NCBI GenBank assembly: GCA_013239625.1
Contig: MU056960.1
Location: forward strand, 13,898,311 to 13,962,310
Length of the DNA: 64,000 nucleotides
Direction of reading: 5' to 3'
Source: Lama guanicoe
Taxonomy: Eukaryota
A program made the position numbers and the translations under genes. The notes beneath the pieces were generated by a model. It did not search any database. It was given only the letters and a program-made list of their open reading frames with translations, and was not told where the DNA came from. Within the stretch, counting starts at the first letter, position 1, and each line of letters begins with the position of its first letter. Below, one piece after another: positions 60,713 through 64,000 of the stretch.

Positions 60713-63700
60713 AATAATAATTAGCACCTGTCAAAAGCCTGTCAGGTGCCAGGCAGGTCCGACAAGCCTCTGCTACCCCTCAGGCCCCTGTAATTGGATA
60801 ACAGGAGTGGATTTCTGCCCCAACCAAACAGCATTCCTGTGTTGTTTTTTTTAATTCAACTTAATTGGGTATTCTAAAGATTTTTCTTTTCTGTTTTCGA
60901 TGACTGAAGCTCTTAAGCTGCATGATGGAACTGTTTTGTTTTTTGGTAAGAGGAGTAAAGCAAGGACCTGGAGACACACACTGGAGCAATCTCCTTAGAA
61001 GAATTCAGCACAAGCAGAAGAGAAACATTTAGAGGGGAAAGTGCCGAGGGAGGGTATTTCAAATAGTGAATCTGTAAGTCACTTCTAAATTGATAGAAAA
61101 CAAAATTGGAGTTGAAGAATAAGTAGGTTTCCAATTGGCTGTTGCTGTTTTTTTTTTTAAGTTAAATAAAAGGGATATCAGTCCCTTCTACCAATGTAGA
61201 AACCAAAGAAAGCCTAGAGCATTTAAGTGACTTCCCCGCGGTCACATGGCTTGAGGGGGTAGGATTTGAATCCAGAACGGTCTGAAACCAAAGCCAGTGT
61301 GTGTGACCACTACAACAAGCATCAAGTCTACTCAAGATTGTTTTCAAGACGTTACTGAGCCTGGAGGAGCTGGGAAGAAACTTAGAACCCCACAGGGCCT
61401 GTCTTCAAACGCTGCTGGTTTGGCTGTGGACACACAGGAGCCGCCAGATCCGCCCAGGATGGTGCGGGGCTGGGGTGGAGGGTGCAGGAATGTAGCAGCG
61501 TAGTGGAAATTCAGGATGCCTGTCCCAAGCAATGCCCCTTCCCCGCAACCACAACCCCTGTCCAGAATGAGCTGGGAGCCCAGTAGGAGACAGAGGCCCT
61601 GGCAGTGGCGCTGCATCCGACGGACAACCACTGCGCGTCCAGCTCCCGGCGGAGGCTGGGCCAGCCCGACTTCCCGGGAGTGCCCCCGTGTGTTTGCTTG
61701 TGGGAGCTGCAGCCTCCGAAGTGTACTCAGCCTGCCGATGGGAATTTTGAATATCGCTCCGGCTCAAGGCAGGTGGAGTGAGGAGAGTTGTGACCGACAG
61801 AAAAGTGATGCGGCCGCCCAAGGTACCCCCAGGTTGGGGTTCAGCGAAGGGAGGGGGTTCAGTGTAAATGGTAAACCGTAGGTAGGGTTGACAATTTTTC
61901 ATCATGATGAAAAATAAAAGCTGACTATTGCTGTGTGCATGGCAGAGATCCGTCTTCCCCAGCGAGGGTTGGCAGCCCTGAGGTGGGCGCCCTTGGGTGT
62001 CTGCGGAGGGGCACAGCCAGGGTGGCTGAGGTCCTGATGTAGATGTAAAGGAGGTGGTCATCCAGGGCAGGACTGGGAGGTCCACGGGAAGGAAGTAGCC
62101 CATACCGGACCTAGTGGCTGTGGCTCCGGGAGCAGAGGAGGGCCCTCCAGTGGAGACGAGCGTCACTGCAGCCCTCCTCTAATAACCCCCAGGAAAGTCC
62201 GGGCACCCCACCTGGGCTCTGTCCTGAAGGGTGGGGTCGGGGTGACTAGACCAGGGCTCCCACTTGAGAACCGAGAGCCTAGGAACGAGGAAGGGGACTT
62301 CTCCTGGGCCCTCCACGGAGGGGAGTGAGGAGGGTAGGCAAATGAACGTGTGCCTGTGAGGAGAAAGGAGGGGAGGAGAGGCTGGGCTGTCCAGGAGCCC
62401 CTGGGGTGACTGCAATTCCAGAGTCACAGCCCCCTACTCTTCTCTCCTCCTCATTATGCCCACCTGGGCCTAGGACGATGGCAGAAATCCATCGTGTTCA
62501 TGATGGAATGGAGAGCCAGCCAGGCTAAGGAAAAGCAGGCTATCCCCTCCCCCGCCCCCGCCACAACCTGACCCTGCCCTGAGCCCCTCCCCCTCTGTCA
62601 GCGCCAGGCCCTGCTTCTGATCTCACCCCCTCGCCCATGGTTCCGTGGGAGAAAGAGCTTAATGAAGAGGCAAGAAGAGGGGGAAGAGGACCCAAAGAAG
62701 GGTCTTCAGTGAAGGGAGAGGTGGGAGGTTCACCAAGGGGATGGGCTCCCAGAGAGTGAGCAGGGGGCGGCTCCGAGTGGGCAGAATATTCAGGACAAAG
62801 AATAGGCCGAGAAAGCCCTGAGGGGTGGGTCCGGTAGAGGCTGGGTCCCACCTGGGCAGCACCCTTGGCACAGCTCCGAGGCAGCCCGCAGGCTGGGTTT
62901 CGGCAGGCCTGCCTGAAAACGGAAGAGGCTGGGGCGGGGCCTCTTTATGGCTCCTGGCGAAACTGGCCCTGGGGACAGGCAAGAAGTTTCTCCAGGGCAG
63001 TGGGGGGAGGAGTAACTCACTCCTCCCTCCCAGGCTCATGACACCCCAGAGCCTGGGAATTACCCAAAAGCAGCCAACCAGGCCAGGTTGAGAGAAAACA
63101 GCTCCACCCTTCCCTGGCCACTGTCACCTCATACCTCCCCCCATCACCCACAGGGCGAGAAACGCACACACCCTCTCAGACAAACACAAACCCACACAGA
63201 CACACACCCATGGGCTAGGCCCCAGCCCCACCTCCCACCCAGAGATAAACATCCAGCACCTGCAGACAGCATCCCCACCGGGAGCCCGCCGCCGCCCCAC
63301 CCCAGCAGAGAACAGCCCACTCAGAAGCCCACCCCTACTCACTCCCAGAAAAGCATGGCACCTGGTGAGCCCGAAGACCAGCTCGCAGACACAGCCAGAC
63401 TCAGGTGTGGGCCCACCCCAGCCCCAGAACCAGTTTTGCTTCTCAGCTGGCCCATTTAAGAGGCTCCTTAGGGAAAGAGAGGGAGGGAGGTGGGGCAGCA
63501 GAGATGGAGAGAAAGCCCAGTTGGGGTGGGTTGGGGGGGATCCCAGCCTAGCTGCTGGGGTGAGAAAACATACACTGGGTGGTCACCTCCCCAGAGCCAC
63601 GCACTTTATCATCACAAGAATTGGAGGTGTCCCTACCCCTGCCTTCACTGCTCCTGCCCCCAGCTCCTGCCCCCTGTCCCTATCATGGGCTCCGTCTCAG

Positions 63701-63733
63701 AGAACACACATAATCTTGACGTCTGGGCGTGGC

Positions 63734-63830
63734 GGGGGGGTGGTGTAGCTCAGTGGTACAGGGTGTGTGCTTGGCAGCCTGCACGAGGTTCTGGGTTCAA
63801 TCCCCAGTGCCTCCCTTGAGGGGGAAAAAA
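63734..63830 (+). mobile_element. tRNA-derived SINE (Vic-1-like)
   Basis: GGTGTAGCTCAGTGGTACAG...GCACGAGGTTCTGGGTTCAATCCCCAG. Confidence 0.82.
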
Positions 63831-64000
63831 ATCTTAACCTCTCAGAGAAGGTGTCCATGTAGTGAAAGCCAGCTGCCAAGTCTCCTCTCCGAGGAGTCCC
63901 TGGAATCCACAGCACCTGAGCCCAACTGGCCGTTTCTGCCCCCGGCTGCGGCATCTGCTTGTTTGCTTGGTAGCTCCCAGTGCCTGTGATGGGCCTTCCC

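Overview
Mammalian genomic DNA, most likely a camelid: it carries ten copies of a tRNA-derived SINE matching the camelid Vic-1 type. The region is syntenic with the human Williams-Beuren interval. Three protein-coding genes can be reconstructed with canonical splice sites: TMEM270/WBSCR28 (minus strand, 3 coding exons, 254 aa), METTL27/WBSCR27 (plus strand, 5 coding exons, 238 aa) and intronless CLDN4 (minus strand, 209 aa), which is convergent with METTL27. Between TMEM270 and METTL27 is a repeat-dense accessory zone. It holds a near full-length HPRT1 processed retrocopy with a 17-bp target-site duplication (TSD) and a 1-nt frameshift near the C-terminus, a decayed gamma-type ERV env remnant with PPT and LTR, solo LTRs, a three-level nested LTR stack, a 5'-inverted L1, and MER5/MER3/MER103/MLT/L2/MIR relics. 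I found no convincing new biological system. The most notable structures are (i) an L1 and the HPRT1 retrocopy inserted one after the other at the same target site inside a MER5, leaving three target copies that reveal insertion order, and (ii) nested antiparallel LTRs forming a long inverted repeat. Repeat-family names and orthologue comparisons come from recalled consensus sequences, not database searches.
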